Assembly: GCA_905178155.1 (NCBI GenBank)
Contig: CAJINV010000020.1
Coordinates: 558,001 to 622,000 of the forward strand
DNA length: 64,000 bases
Direction: 5' to 3'
Source of the DNA: Amoebophrya sp. A120
Taxonomy: Eukaryota; Protista; Dinoflagellata
The position numbers were made by a program, and so were the translations under genes. Positions 36,201-47,020 of this stretch are shown here, piece after piece (the stretch's first letter is position 1; every line of letters starts with the position of its first letter). Below the pieces are notes generated by a model. It made no database searches. It saw only the letters and a list, made by a program, of their open reading frames with translations, and had not been told where the DNA came from.

Positions 36201-39200
36201 TTACATACGGACCGCCCGTATGTTTAACTACATTCAACCTCCGACTCAAGGCCATCCCTCATGCATGCAGCGAGCTGAAGTGCGCGTGTGCGGATTATCG
36301 CCGCTACTTCACAGACGGCTGTACATGGGGAGGGCATCTTGCCATGCCAGCGACGGCAGACAACATACAGCTGCTGTGTGGACCGACCCTGGACTCTGTA
36401 GCGTCATCCAAGGTCGCGCTATTAATGAGACCAAAATTCCGGGTGGAGCAAAAGTTTTCGGCCACTAAACTGCTTGAACGCGTCAACATCGAAGAGCAAG
36501 AGTTGATTCAAGATGTAAGACACTTCTTCTGGTACAACACGGTGCCAGATGGTGCAGACAAGCAGGAAGAAGTGGACTGGAACACCGCTGACGGTTCTGC
36601 CGCTCCCGTTCCCGTCCCGGATGCTAATGGTAACGTGTACGACCGTGCTGCTAGCAACACTTTTGAGTGGGGCAAGTTCTCTACGGCATTCGAGATCGTT
36701 CGCAGTTTGCAACAGCTTTTTGTGTTCGGGTACTACGATAAGGCGACATCAACTACCTGGATGATGTGTAAAAGCCTTTACACGGCATTACTGATGGAGG
36801 ATTTGGGGTTAGCCGGCCGCGGGTCTTTCCCAACAGGCACCAGCACGGACTACCACCGGGCGGATTTCGTGCCGGCACCTACGGCACCCTACCAGGATCC
36901 GGCCTTGACCCAAGCTAATCCGATCCTACCTGCGCCCGCTCCTCCATCGGCGTTATCCCCGGGTAACACACCACCCCGAGATGCACTGCCAAGCGCTCAC
37001 TTGATACCAGCTTCCCAGCCTAGTCATGACCGGGGGCAGAACATCCTCCTGGACCCGCCCCGCGGCCTATTCCATGGCACTAGCACCGCGGCACCCTCCC
37101 GCTCGCGAGTTTCTGGCACGCAGTTACAGAAGCCGACCATCAAGCCACCGAGAAGTGGAGCGTCAGTAGTGGTGAGTAATTTTCGTAGTGCCGATTGTCC
37201 GTCTTCGCGGCAGCCTCGCGCGGGTAGTTCTGAAGTAGTGTCGCCTCCGATACTCGATGTCGTTCCGCCCACCTTCTTATCCCCGCAAGCGGCGCCCGGT
37301 AACAGCAGTTCCTCGTCCTCTTACGAACCCCAAGCTAATAGGGGCCTGTATCTAAAACGGAACAAGTACGGGTTGCCGGCATCATCTTCAGATAAAATCG
37401 AAGCACTAGACAGGGATCTAATAGACGAAACGAAAAAGGAACTACATGGCGTGCGGAACCTGATGCAGTTCGTGCTCCGGAAAAGCGAGAAGCTCTTGCA
37501 ACTGGGTAAAGTAAAGTCAACGGACCAGCCCCACGTTTTGTTGCAGGCGAAAATCAAGCTACATGCGGAGATAGATGCGGCCATCGAGATGGCACAAGAC
37601 GAAATGGAAAAAAGCAGGAAGCACACCAAATTACAACAGCAACTAGAACGTGCTGAAGCGGACCGGAAAGCAGTGCAGGCAGAGTTAAAGCAGTGTCTTC
37701 CGAAGTCCTCCGTACCGGTGGCGGCCTCGGTTAACACCCACCATGTCCGCCCGTTTCCCTCGGCACTGTCGGGCCGGCGGCAGTCGTTGCTGTGGAAACT
37801 CAGCACGCACGCCGGATGGAGAGTCATCTCCAGAAGCCTTTTAAAAGGAGTAAAAGGAGTGGGCTGTGCTCTAGATATGCAGCGCGCGGCTAATAGCGGT
37901 CTCGAAAAATTAGCTGTGTTCGACTTGCGGGCGGGGATTACACCTGGCATCACCTTGAAGGCGCTGGACTCGGTCCCGCAAGCCGGCAGCATCGTGGCCT
38001 TCCAGCATCAGAAACTGTATACGTCCACGGCGATTTTGTCCAAGGCCCCAATCCTACAGATGCAGGCTGGTCCAGAGAAATCACAGTGGTTGTCCCCGAT
38101 CTTCGTTTTGTCCAATGCCGCCGTGCAGATACTTTTCCGGGACGAAACGAAGAGGAACTTCTTACAATGGACCGCCGAATCAATTAACTTGGGTCCGTTC
38201 TCTGCCAAGTTAAAAGAGAACCCGCTGCCGGTCACAGTCCTCGATGCCTGGGTCAGCCGACATGAAGTCGCGGAGTTACTGCAAATGGGGATGAACCCGC
38301 ACAACGACCTAAATCCGCCCGCAAACAAAATGTCTAGTTTGCTGCTGGATGTGGACCCCCTTACTGCCTTCGAGATGTGGCTGGACGACGACACGGAGCA
38401 GGGCGAAAACCCACCGCCGGGGGACCTACTCGGGGCAGTTCCCGATCCGAACAGCAACTCCAGTCCAGATGTTCTCCAGCCGGGTCCACTGTTCGAGACG
38501 GCGGTCAACCTGCTGGACGTAGCGGCAGGGGTTGCAGAGGAGCCAGAAGATATGGATTTTCAACCGGAGCAGCAACTTTTGAATAGTATGGAAGTCGCAT
38601 CACAGCATGACTCTTCCTCACGAAATTTACCTAGCACTATTTTGGCAGCCGACGGCAAGATCAACATGGGGCGCTGGGTCGAAGGCCAACATGCTGCACT
38701 AAACATACCGTCGGGCTCTGCCGTGTCAGCCCGATCTGCCCGACCACCAGGTCCCCGCACTCCGTCACCTCGCTCAAGTACGTCTTCATCAAGTTCCGAC
38801 ACTAGCTCCAGCTCGTCTTCAACGCCGTTGTTGTCGGACTCGGAGTCGGACTGGTCACAGCAACCGCCACCGGTGGTTTCTGATCTGGCCAACTTAGCTA
38901 CGCAGATTCCAAACTTAAACTCGAAAGGAAATTGGATTCAACAGGGGGTAGACCATCGGGGTTGTAAAGTTCGACCGTTGCTACCAATTTGGCAGGCACG
39001 GCGCAATTTTTCGTTTTTAAAGTCCGAGTTTCCACCTGCTGATCAGTCGCTGCACGAAGTGTACAGGCCGACAACAGCGGGGCAGATTGATGAAATTGTC
39101 GAGCAGCTTAGCAGCTTCGCCCCGGCTCTGCATGCCCGGGTCAAGCAGAAACAAGCTTCAGCTCACCCGGCGTACTATGCAGTCATCAAGGGCCACAAGG

Positions 39201-42200
39201 CTCCGGCCTACAAGATGCGACTCATCGCAGCAGCTACGGACAAAACGGTCTTGCACGCTCCTGGTAAAGTCTTACACTTGATTCTATCGGCCGTGATGCA
39301 AGAATTCAAATCCCGGGTGTGGCCGGGAGCTTGGAGCGTCGAGAGTTCAGAAGAGGCGCTGTCCCGGGTTACCAAGGGCGGTTTCGCAGCTTTTGACGGT
39401 TATGATTTTGAAAGGTTGTACACGGGCCTCGAACACTCCTTCCTGTGCCACAACCTCCATCAGCTCAATTGCTGCGTCTTCCAGGCCGGGGGCTTCCAAT
39501 CTGTTGTCTTGGGGTACGACCGGAACCGCAAAGGCCCGAATAAAGAATTTGCTTTTCTTTCACGAGACGCTCCTACGTCCTCTTCTTGGTCTCTGTCCGA
39601 TATCGATTCCTTGGTCCGTTGGTGCTGTGCCAGTTGTTACATCGGCATCGCTGACTTGCTATTTTTGCAAGTCCGGGGGATGCCAATGGGCATTACCCCG
39701 GCCCCGCGGATGGCGGATGGCGGGTTGTCTTGGAGTGAATACGTCTTTATCACTTCTCCGGCGGGACAACAGTACCGGTTTTTGCAAATCCTTCGTTACC
39801 TCGACGATTTGCTGTCTCCTATCAGGCTGCCACTCCACCTGATTTATCCCAGAGCGTTAGCGTGCAAGCCTGAAACCCTCGGCACCGTCACGACAACCTT
39901 CTTGGACTTTTTCCTCGACGCTTCCATTCCAAAACGGTTGTTGTACTGTATGTACGACAAAACGAGAACTTTTCCTTTTTATTTGTCTAAGTTTTCCGCT
40001 GCTGCCAGTGCGGTGCACCCCGAAACGCACCAATCGGCTTTTAGTAGTGCGGTCATCAGGGCTTATAAAAGGAACTATCTAGTGGTTCACTTCCTGCGGG
40101 ATGTTGTCGAACTTCTAGTTAGGTTCACGTTGAACGGCACTTACCAAAGGTCGTTCCCGGTCAAGGCGTGCCGGCTGCTGGTGTCCCGCCACGAAATTCC
40201 AAAGTGGTTCACCACCGAAAAACTGGTGTCCACCATGGGGGATTGGATGAAGCAGATGCAGACTGAAACTCAGGCGATTCTGCACCCGTCTTGGCAACAG
40301 TTTCGGCAGAACAGTTCCGGTCCGGTTGCTCCGGCGACAGTCAGGTAAACAGTAATAAACAAGTAATCAGGACAAGGTCGAGCTTTTCCCTCTTTCGAAG
40401 ATTGAAGCACGCTTTCGAAGATTAACGCACGGTTGCAGATAGTGAACAAAACTCGCGATCTTATCCTTCGGGGAAGACAGGGTCTGAAGAAGCTCGATAA
40501 GGGTGAAAGTTGGTTTAAAGTAAAGCTTAAAGTTCAAACTACAAAGCACAAACTTGAGCTTCTACCTCCTGTAGAGTAGGCACCAGTCTAGACTAAGTAA
40601 AGTTAGCACAGAACTCGAGTAGTTCACAGTGCCAAAGGTAAAGTGTGTCTTTTGTTGACTTCCTGTTTTGTTGATGACTATCCTCGTTTTTACTTCCCAA
40701 TATTAAAGTAGATAAAGTAAAATCTTAGTAAGCAGGACAGCGTCAAACTTCTTCACAATTTTTACTGGTAGAGCCGGGAAAGGATTTGGAGGTAGGCGCC
40801 CTGCTACCAACAGGCAGCAGGTCAAAAACAAAAAAATATTCCGATAGCGAAAGACGCCACGGGAAACCTCAGGTAATCCATCCGTCGTAGATGCAATGCA
40901 GTGCTCCCGATCGTCCCCATCCTTGTTGTATTTTGTGTACGAGTCTTGGTAAACACGAATGTCACGTCCAAATAGTTCAAATTAAACTTGTTTTCACCGT
41001 ATAATTATACCTTATTACAGAAGCCAAAGAGTAAGCCATACACTTTCGTTATTATTTTTTCCTTTACACAAGCAGCTAAACACACTTTTTCAGGTTCGTT
41101 TAACTGTCCGTCCGCGAGGCCAAAGCCGCATTTTCAAGCAATTAACATTTACGAAATCACTAGTTTTATCTCCGTCTAGTTACTTCTTTTCCAGCTTTTG
41201 ACGCCTACACATTCATAATTAACTTTTTTGCGTTACGCTGAAGACATAAAGTTCACTGTGCCTCTCGTGAAGTTGGCGACAAACAACTAATAGCTTAACA
41301 CTGTACATATTTGACTATAGAACCAGGAGGAGCGTCGTTGAAGAAAACAATACAAAGCACGCTGGTCACCATTAAAGTTCTTGCCAAGGAACTAGTGTTG
41401 TCGAGGTCAATGCCGTAGAGTATCGAAATTCGCAGAGGATGGGCCGTGGCACGAAAGGGAAATAATCGCTAGTAGTCAGGATGTCGGTGGGTCGTGTAAA
41501 CTGATCTATCTTCGTCTATGATTATTATTATTGACAACCTAGCCTTCAAATAAAGAACAACGGGTACTAAATTACATCCACCGCTACGCTGTAGTAGATA
41601 AAAGCTATGGCTAGGCACCTTTTTACACAAGGTCGATACCGCGCGAAAGTATTAAGGTTTTCGGACTAAGAGATCTAGACTGGGCAGTAGCAGAAGAGCG
41701 TTATTTTTTAAGGACTAATTGCCAAAAGTTGTTTTTACACGGTCCCGTCGCCGTCTCGAGTATCGGGCATTTCGGAAGATTACGTGGCGTGGCAATCACC
41801 GCCTCCCCACAGACACCGCAGACCGGCCCCGCTGTTAGCCGAGCTTGGACCGGATCCGACGCTACTTCGAGCCCTACGTTTCCCAGAACAGTTACCCGGC
41901 AGAATCTCGCTCGACACAGCCTACACTCACGACATCCCACTTCCCTTCCACTCGCACGAATCCGGCCACGGGTGGTTCTCCGAAAGTAATTTTTACGGTA
42001 AACACCTGTTTTCAACCCCTCCGGAGGTACGTATCCGTAGGGAAGTTTTACGACAAGAACAGGCGAGGGTGGGGGCGTTTAACAAAGGACTAGCATCTCC
42101 GGACTGGTCAATCAGCTCCCCGTACCGAGATTACCAAAGCGGGGTGAAACCAGTACAAGCGCGTGCAGTTCGATTGACTACGGGTACTTCTAACCCGTTT

Positions 42201-44980
42201 TTACCGTCGTCACCAGAGAGGTTGCTAGTCCGCAGGGGTTGGTCAACCATCCAGATAGAAAAGGAGTGCTTCGGGTCCCCGTGCGCATTACGGGCAACGT
42301 CCTCGAAACAAAGAAGATAACCGCGCATCATCACTTTCTCAACACGATGGCACTTGCCCATAATAACGGGTCCATCTTCGCATTCAACCTGCAAGAGTGC
42401 CGGAGGATGCTAGCAGTGACGAACAACGCAGCTCCTGACACGCCTAGGCCACCGGTGCAGCTGCAGCCAGATTCAGCTTGCTCCTACCAATCCGCAAGAG
42501 AGTCACGGATCAGCAGCGAACGGTCGTTCGGAGAAAATGTCTGCGTGGTGTTGGATTTTGATAGGGACTTTCCTGTGCCGAACTACAACAATCCCGTGCG
42601 GTTCATCCCCAACAACCCGTTTGCTTGGGAGGGCCTTGCGGGTGCCCGCATGGACGAGGGAGTGGCGGAGCAGGATATAGTTTTACAAACGGCCCGCTCC
42701 CCGTTCTCCGATATCGAGCTGCTGGATTTTCCACCAAGTCCGCCATTTGGTCACAGCCCTTGCAGATACTTCGCCTACCTGCAACAGTTCCAAGAGGACA
42801 TGGACAACTTGCGGGCAGAACCAGAACCAGAACCGTGCAACCCCTTCCTGATGTCGCCCAGATCGCCGCTGCTTACAAATCCGTCGATCTTCCAAATCGA
42901 GCAGATCGAGCTCGATACTACTGGATCGTTGCCGTATACCCGCTACCCGAACCCCAGCCCCGAGAGCCTGAGCACATACGGCCTGTATGATCTCGACCTC
43001 CCTGTCCATCACCAGTTGGGCTCACCGCACCAGGCAACGCTGCAAATCAACTTTTCACAGGATTGCCAGCAGTTCCTGCAGTTCCATGACAACTTGGACA
43101 CCAACAACATTTTACGCCAAAACCGTATGCACTTGACGTTCTTGCAGGGTGACAATGCAGGCACGAACCCGAATCGCATTAGGGGGGACAACCAGGGGGA
43201 AAACCAGAGACGCACTTTCTCCCCATCCCCAACCCCATCGGAACTCTCACTGATGGCGGCCGGGCGCCTGTAAGGAAGAATAAATTACACGGATGCCCTT
43301 ATACCGGCTTTCCTCCACAAGCACCGGCGCGACACGACATCTTAACCGAAAGCGGCTCCATCTGCTACATCAACGCCTACACTTGAACTACTTCATCATC
43401 TACTTGTTACCATCAGTTTACAGCAAACGAACTACCACGGTATCAACCAGCAGTACAACGACACGCATATTCCGATACGACATCCAGAACGACTTCAAGT
43501 AGCATTTCTAAAACGACTTCGACCGACGAACCAAACACGACCATCATGATCAACAGCGGCATCTAATAGCATCTTCACTTTCTTCTGGTTTTCTTTTTTC
43601 ATTTTTCATTCTGAATCTGTATTGGCAATGGTAACTGCATATCTGACATCAGAACTGACAACGATAAATGCACAGTATAATGCGTACTTTCTATGTATAC
43701 TAAGGTCTTGGATATTACTGCCCAGAATGAAAAAAGAACAAAGAAAGTGATATTAGTTTCTTGGTTTTGTTCGCAGTCCTATCTATGTGGTCCTTCATTG
43801 CATGAGAGTTAACATGCTTTGAAATAACAATAAAAAGCCCTCCAGGTTGAAGAGAACTACGTGAATCGTATGGAAAGTTAAAGAGCGTAAAAGTTAAAAA
43901 GTTATGTTGTAGTTCTTGTCGTAGCGTCTTTTCGTATCTCTCAGTTCTCACTTCGGTCTACGTTGCAGAATCTATCATAAAAATTGGCTCGGTAAAAGAT
44001 GTACGTGAAACCAAAATGGAAAAGAAAGCAAATTTCAATTGAGCAAACATGTTGAAATCGGTTCGTGTCGTGTGCTCGTAGTCCGGAAAGGTAGTTCGTC
44101 TCGTCTCTTAGGAATTTTTTACTTATTCACACCTCTGCCAGGTGTCAGCCCTGTGCCTACCAAATGGTAGGGGGAGGGCTGTTCTGTTTTTTGCGCTTTT
44201 TTGGGCATCATCTGTTGAAGTCTGCGATGGGAGTTTCCGCGGGTTTAGGTGAGCTAGCACCCACGGAGCTTTACCCGCTGGACCAGGATTCTCCCATGCG
44301 AGCACCTTCTTCGTTCCTCCAGGCTTTTCTCGGCGTCCTTGGTCGGACGCCCCTGTTCTTGGTTGAAGTTGGACCCCGTGTGGCGGTAGCAGCTTCTTCT
44401 TTGCCCTGCCTTAGTAGCTCGAGCCTCGTTGCACTTCGTAAACTCTGCTCTTCGTAAAAGTGAAGTCGTCTGGTGCTTTGTTGTCTTACCTTAGTACGGT
44501 AACCCCTTTCCCCGCCTGTGTAAGAAGCATTAGCTTCCCATGTCCCCTTGCGTTTCTCGGCTAAACAGTTATTCGGTTATTCTTCTTCTAATGTTTACTT
44601 CAGTTGCTTTTCATTTATCAGTTTTAGTAGGGCATGATGCCAAAAGGGACGGACTGCCCTTAGAACTCCCATGTCATGCATTTATACGAGTGCGGTACTT
44701 TTGCAGTTCATACCGGTACCCGTTCCACGACATCACCCAGGATGAAAACTATCTGAAGGAGCAGCTCCGCGGCCAGGACCAGGACTGTTTCTACAGGCTG
44801 GGATACCACCTCCAGTACCAGTACGTGGTTTCGGCTGCGGAGGACCCGGAGCAAAACCTTGTGCAACGGTGGAGCGACTACCACGAAGTAGATGGGGGGT
44901 TTGGCCCGGGCGAGATGGTCCAGGTTCGAGATTTCGACATGTTCAGGTGGGCATTCGGGACGCGGTCCGGATGGGTATAA
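30243..44980 (+). CDS. Hypothetical protein whose second intron is 13.9 kb; exons 30243-30423, 30575-30796, 44718-44980
   Basis: Spliced frame is open: MPLADAPREF...VVNKQ|TKLPLEV...FPHPFR|YPFHDITQDEN...TRSGWV*. Confidence 0.75.
30424..30569. mobile_element. Introner element, family B
   Basis: tatgcattgcaaaagta ... tacttttgcaacgcata; repeat acaga/ccaga. Confidence 0.87.
30930..31758 (+). repeat. 5' pseudo-LTR of the Penelope-like element
   Basis: Matches 43850-44678; three substitutions seen by eye (near 31147, 31702 and 31745). Confidence 0.95.
32159..32719 (+). CDS. Possible accessory ORF upstream of the EN-RT ORF
   Basis: Co-oriented open frame, Pro-rich N-terminus and Trp/Tyr-rich C-terminus; no family recognised. 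Confidence 0.4.
   Translation: MTSTEPHVTAAAQHHFDAPNQAQDDISNPLPILPSPPPAPYLHRESPRCLPLTTQEQPRSTRQCSGVRASVSNNGLRSSWAPLDSLRTDWKKGSCQDGDGQVTTPRPQPATRLPIRFLSSDSQVDRCSWSTGKEYWAFGWGTLRWHYDFYRGTWRYEDSIDRANHELHYWEDAGFVVENGEIRPRS
32793..40348 (+). CDS. GIY-YIG endonuclease-reverse transcriptase polyprotein (~2100 aa), interrupted by MITE 33548-34786
   Basis: EN: LIYLRRCSCGLTYVGK...TRFHAH, completed after the MITE by ESFWIIVLRTYLPWGFN. CxC..GH and YDKA..MCKSLY motifs. RT: YAVIKGHK..MRLIAA, DFERLYT, QVRGMPMG, RYLDD, TFLD, YDK. Confidence 0.88.
33548..34786. mobile_element. Non-autonomous hAT-type TIR element (MITE)
   Basis: TIR cagtcggagaggcccggggcggtg ... caccgccccggcccctccgcctg; 8-bp TSD acggacat at 33540-33547 and 34787-34794. 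Confidence 0.9.
34219..34472. repeat. ATTTAG-based minisatellite inside the MITE
   Basis: Repeating atttagcatgctg, then atttagagccccc/atttagcaccccc units. Confidence 0.9.
42239..43273 (+). CDS. Possible accessory ORF downstream of the RT, inside the retroelement
   Basis: 344-codon co-oriented frame (first ATG ~42347), Pro/Gln/Asn-rich; no family recognised. Confidence 0.5.
   Translation: MVNHPDRKGVLRVPVRITGNVLETKKITAHHHFLNTMALAHNNGSIFAFNLQECRRMLAVTNNAAPDTPRPPVQLQPDSACSYQSARESRISSERSFGENVCVVLDFDRDFPVPNYNNPVRFIPNNPFAWEGLAGARMDEGVAEQDIVLQTARSPFSDIELLDFPPSPPFGHSPCRYFAYLQQFQEDMDNLRAEPEPEPCNPFLMSPRSPLLTNPSIFQIEQIELDTTGSLPYTRYPNPSPESLSTYGLYDLDLPVHHQLGSPHQATLQINFSQDCQQFLQFHDNLDTNNILRQNRMHLTFLQGDNAGTNPNRIRGDNQGENQRRTFSPSPTPSELSLMAAGRL
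43850..44678 (+). repeat. 3' pseudo-LTR of the Penelope-like element
   Basis: Direct repeat of 30930-31758 (offset 12920). Confidence 0.95.
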
Positions 44981-45534
44981 CAAATGAAAATAAATATAGG
45001 ACGCTCCATCACAGCCTCTGTTCAAGTAGAACATCAAAGCAAGGGCAAGAACTTCTGACTCTTGTTAATTGAGATTGAAAGTAAAATTATCCAAAAACAC
45101 TTGCCTTCTTGTCCATCTTCATCCTTGCTTCTTCGGGTTCTAGGCTACTACATTTTTCTGATCTTCATGATGATGATTTGTACCAAAATTTACAACCAAA
45201 AAAGCTGTCGGACAGCGAGTACCAAATCGTGGAATTGTATGAAAACGCCGAACGCTATCACAATCGTGTGTCATAGCGATCGCATTCCGAATAGACTGAG
45301 ATGAGAAAGCGTCCCCTTGAATGTGGTCAGTTTTATTTCATGCCTGCATGAAGAACATGAAGATCAACACATTACTTGTGTGCCTCGGTGTGACGCGTTG
45401 AGCAAAAACTTGTACCGCAGAAGATTGCTGCACTTCTACTTATAGCCGTGTCTTTATGTTTGTGAATGTGATGCAAAGTTGCGCCGCAATGTGAATAAAC
45501 TAACAGTGGTAGCGTCTATTGTCGTTGCGATAAA

Positions 45535-46272
45535 GTGGCTATTCAAGTGTGGTGCTCCGAGAAGCGCGATTGGATTCCCTGCGGCCGCGACTACATCCGT
45601 CATGACTCCGACTTGTGCGCCGACGGTAGTATTCTCGACTGGGTCACAAAAAATCCGAAGATGAACGAAAAAACAAAAAGCCAAAACAGCAGTACGTCAG
45701 CATCTTCATCCTCATCTTTTTCTACAACTGCTTCAAGAAGTGCTGGTGCTTCAGTTCTTCACAACAAGAACTCTTCTGGTCCACCTCCTGCTCGTCCTCA
45801 CGGTTCACAGGAGGCCGCAGTTGTAGAACCTGCTTCCAGTTCAAGTTCTTCTACTTCTTCCTTTTCGACATCTTCTCCGTCGCAGAAGGAGCTGATGAGG
45901 AAGCTGATGAGGTCGCTGTACGAAAGCCCGCGACTGGTCACGAAACTCGAGGAAAAGTTTGAGAAGCTGAAGGCTGCTGAGGCGGCCGGAGGGGGGCAGG
46001 AGCAACATTTGTACAAGGGCTGGTCTGTCCGCCTGATGGACCACGTGATCAAGCAGTACAAAAAAGAGAAGCCGCGGGACTACCAAATGGCGACAGCAGC
46101 GGAAAACCTATACAAGCACTGGAGACACCACCCAGGCGCCCGGGCAGAGGTCGAGGCCGCGGTCGCGAAGAAGGAAAGTTTGCGCATCGCCGGGACGACG
46201 TTCTCTTTCGAACAGTGCCAATTTGTACTGCGCGAAATCGACAAGAAGGAGGGAAAAATGTTGGAGAACTAG
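45535..46272 (+). CDS. Hypothetical protein, Ser-rich linker then helical charged C-terminus; start uncertain
   Basis: 245-codon ORF with GC3-rich codon usage like neighbouring genes. Confidence 0.6.
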   Translation: MAIQVWCSEKRDWIPCGRDYIRHDSDLCADGSILDWVTKNPKMNEKTKSQNSSTSASSSSSFSTTASRSAGASVLHNKNSSGPPPARPHGSQEAAVVEPASSSSSSTSSFSTSSPSQKELMRKLMRSLYESPRLVTKLEEKFEKLKAAEAAGGGQEQHLYKGWSVRLMDHVIKQYKKEKPRDYQMATAAENLYKHWRHHPGARAEVEAAVAKKESLRIAGTTFSFEQCQFVLREIDKKEGKMLEN

Positions 46273-47020
46273 TGTGATGTATGCCTAATTCCATCCCTAT
46301 GGTTTTATCCCTTTGCCAAAAAAAAAAACTACATTTATTAATCAGTGCCTTTGTTCTTCTACGCTAGTTTTGTCGCTTTTTTTTGTACATCTTTTTGTCC
46401 TCGCCGGAATACGAATAGGAATTCATTTTCTCCGACTTGCAGACGGCGCTGCATATTGTTTGCAATGTACGTGTCATGTAGATCTAGATTGTTCTTCGTC
46501 GAATACCGATATCACCGTCCCGATGATATACTTATTCCAGAATAGCGGAACAGTAACGACAAAAAGACCCATCAAGTTTGAAGGCGATTTTTGGGATCTA
46601 GTTCGCAGTCTCAGCACACGTCAGCCAGAACTCCAGTGACGACCACCAGCAACTGCTAGATGGCCTGCAACAGTTCAAAAAATAGTTGTTCCCAGGACCC
46701 GTTGAAGGTGGTTATCGTTCAACAGAAACAAAGGAAAAAAGATCCAGTTTTATTTCGCTTTTAGAATAAAACGTTTCTTCGTCTTCTTGCAGCACTGAAA
46801 GTCGTGGGTGTTTTTAGAAGTGTTCTCAGACGTCGTGTGTAGCTTCCTCACATCTGATCAGATCCGCACCGGAGGCTCCATCCGATAGTGTTTTCGCATC
46901 GCTACTCGTTCATTACGACTGCGAAGCTAGGTCTTGGTCTATCGGAGTTGTAGTAGCTGCAGCTACAACCAGTTTTCTTGTTCGCGACTCCACTCTCAAT
47001 TATCTTTATCATTGAACAAG

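Larger units (their letters stand above)
30922..44678 (+). mobile_element. Penelope-like retroelement (~13.7 kb) with N-terminal GIY-YIG endonuclease (Chlamys-like domain order)
   Basis: 829-bp terminal direct repeats; EN-RT ORF; target duplication tgtcatgcatttatacg at 30905-30921 and 44672-44688. Confidence 0.88.
30797..44712. mobile_element. Family-B introner (~149 bp when empty) expanded by a retroelement insertion
   Basis: Left part 30797-30921 plus right part 44689-44712 reconstruct a copy colinear with introner 980-1124; direct repeat ccggt at 30792-30796 and 44713-44717. Confidence 0.9.

Noticed and set aside
30930-44678. LTR retrotransposon or retrovirus, suggested by 829-bp direct repeats
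   Set aside because: No TG...CA ends, gag, protease, RNase H or integrase. The RT and GIY-YIG motifs are Penelope-type.
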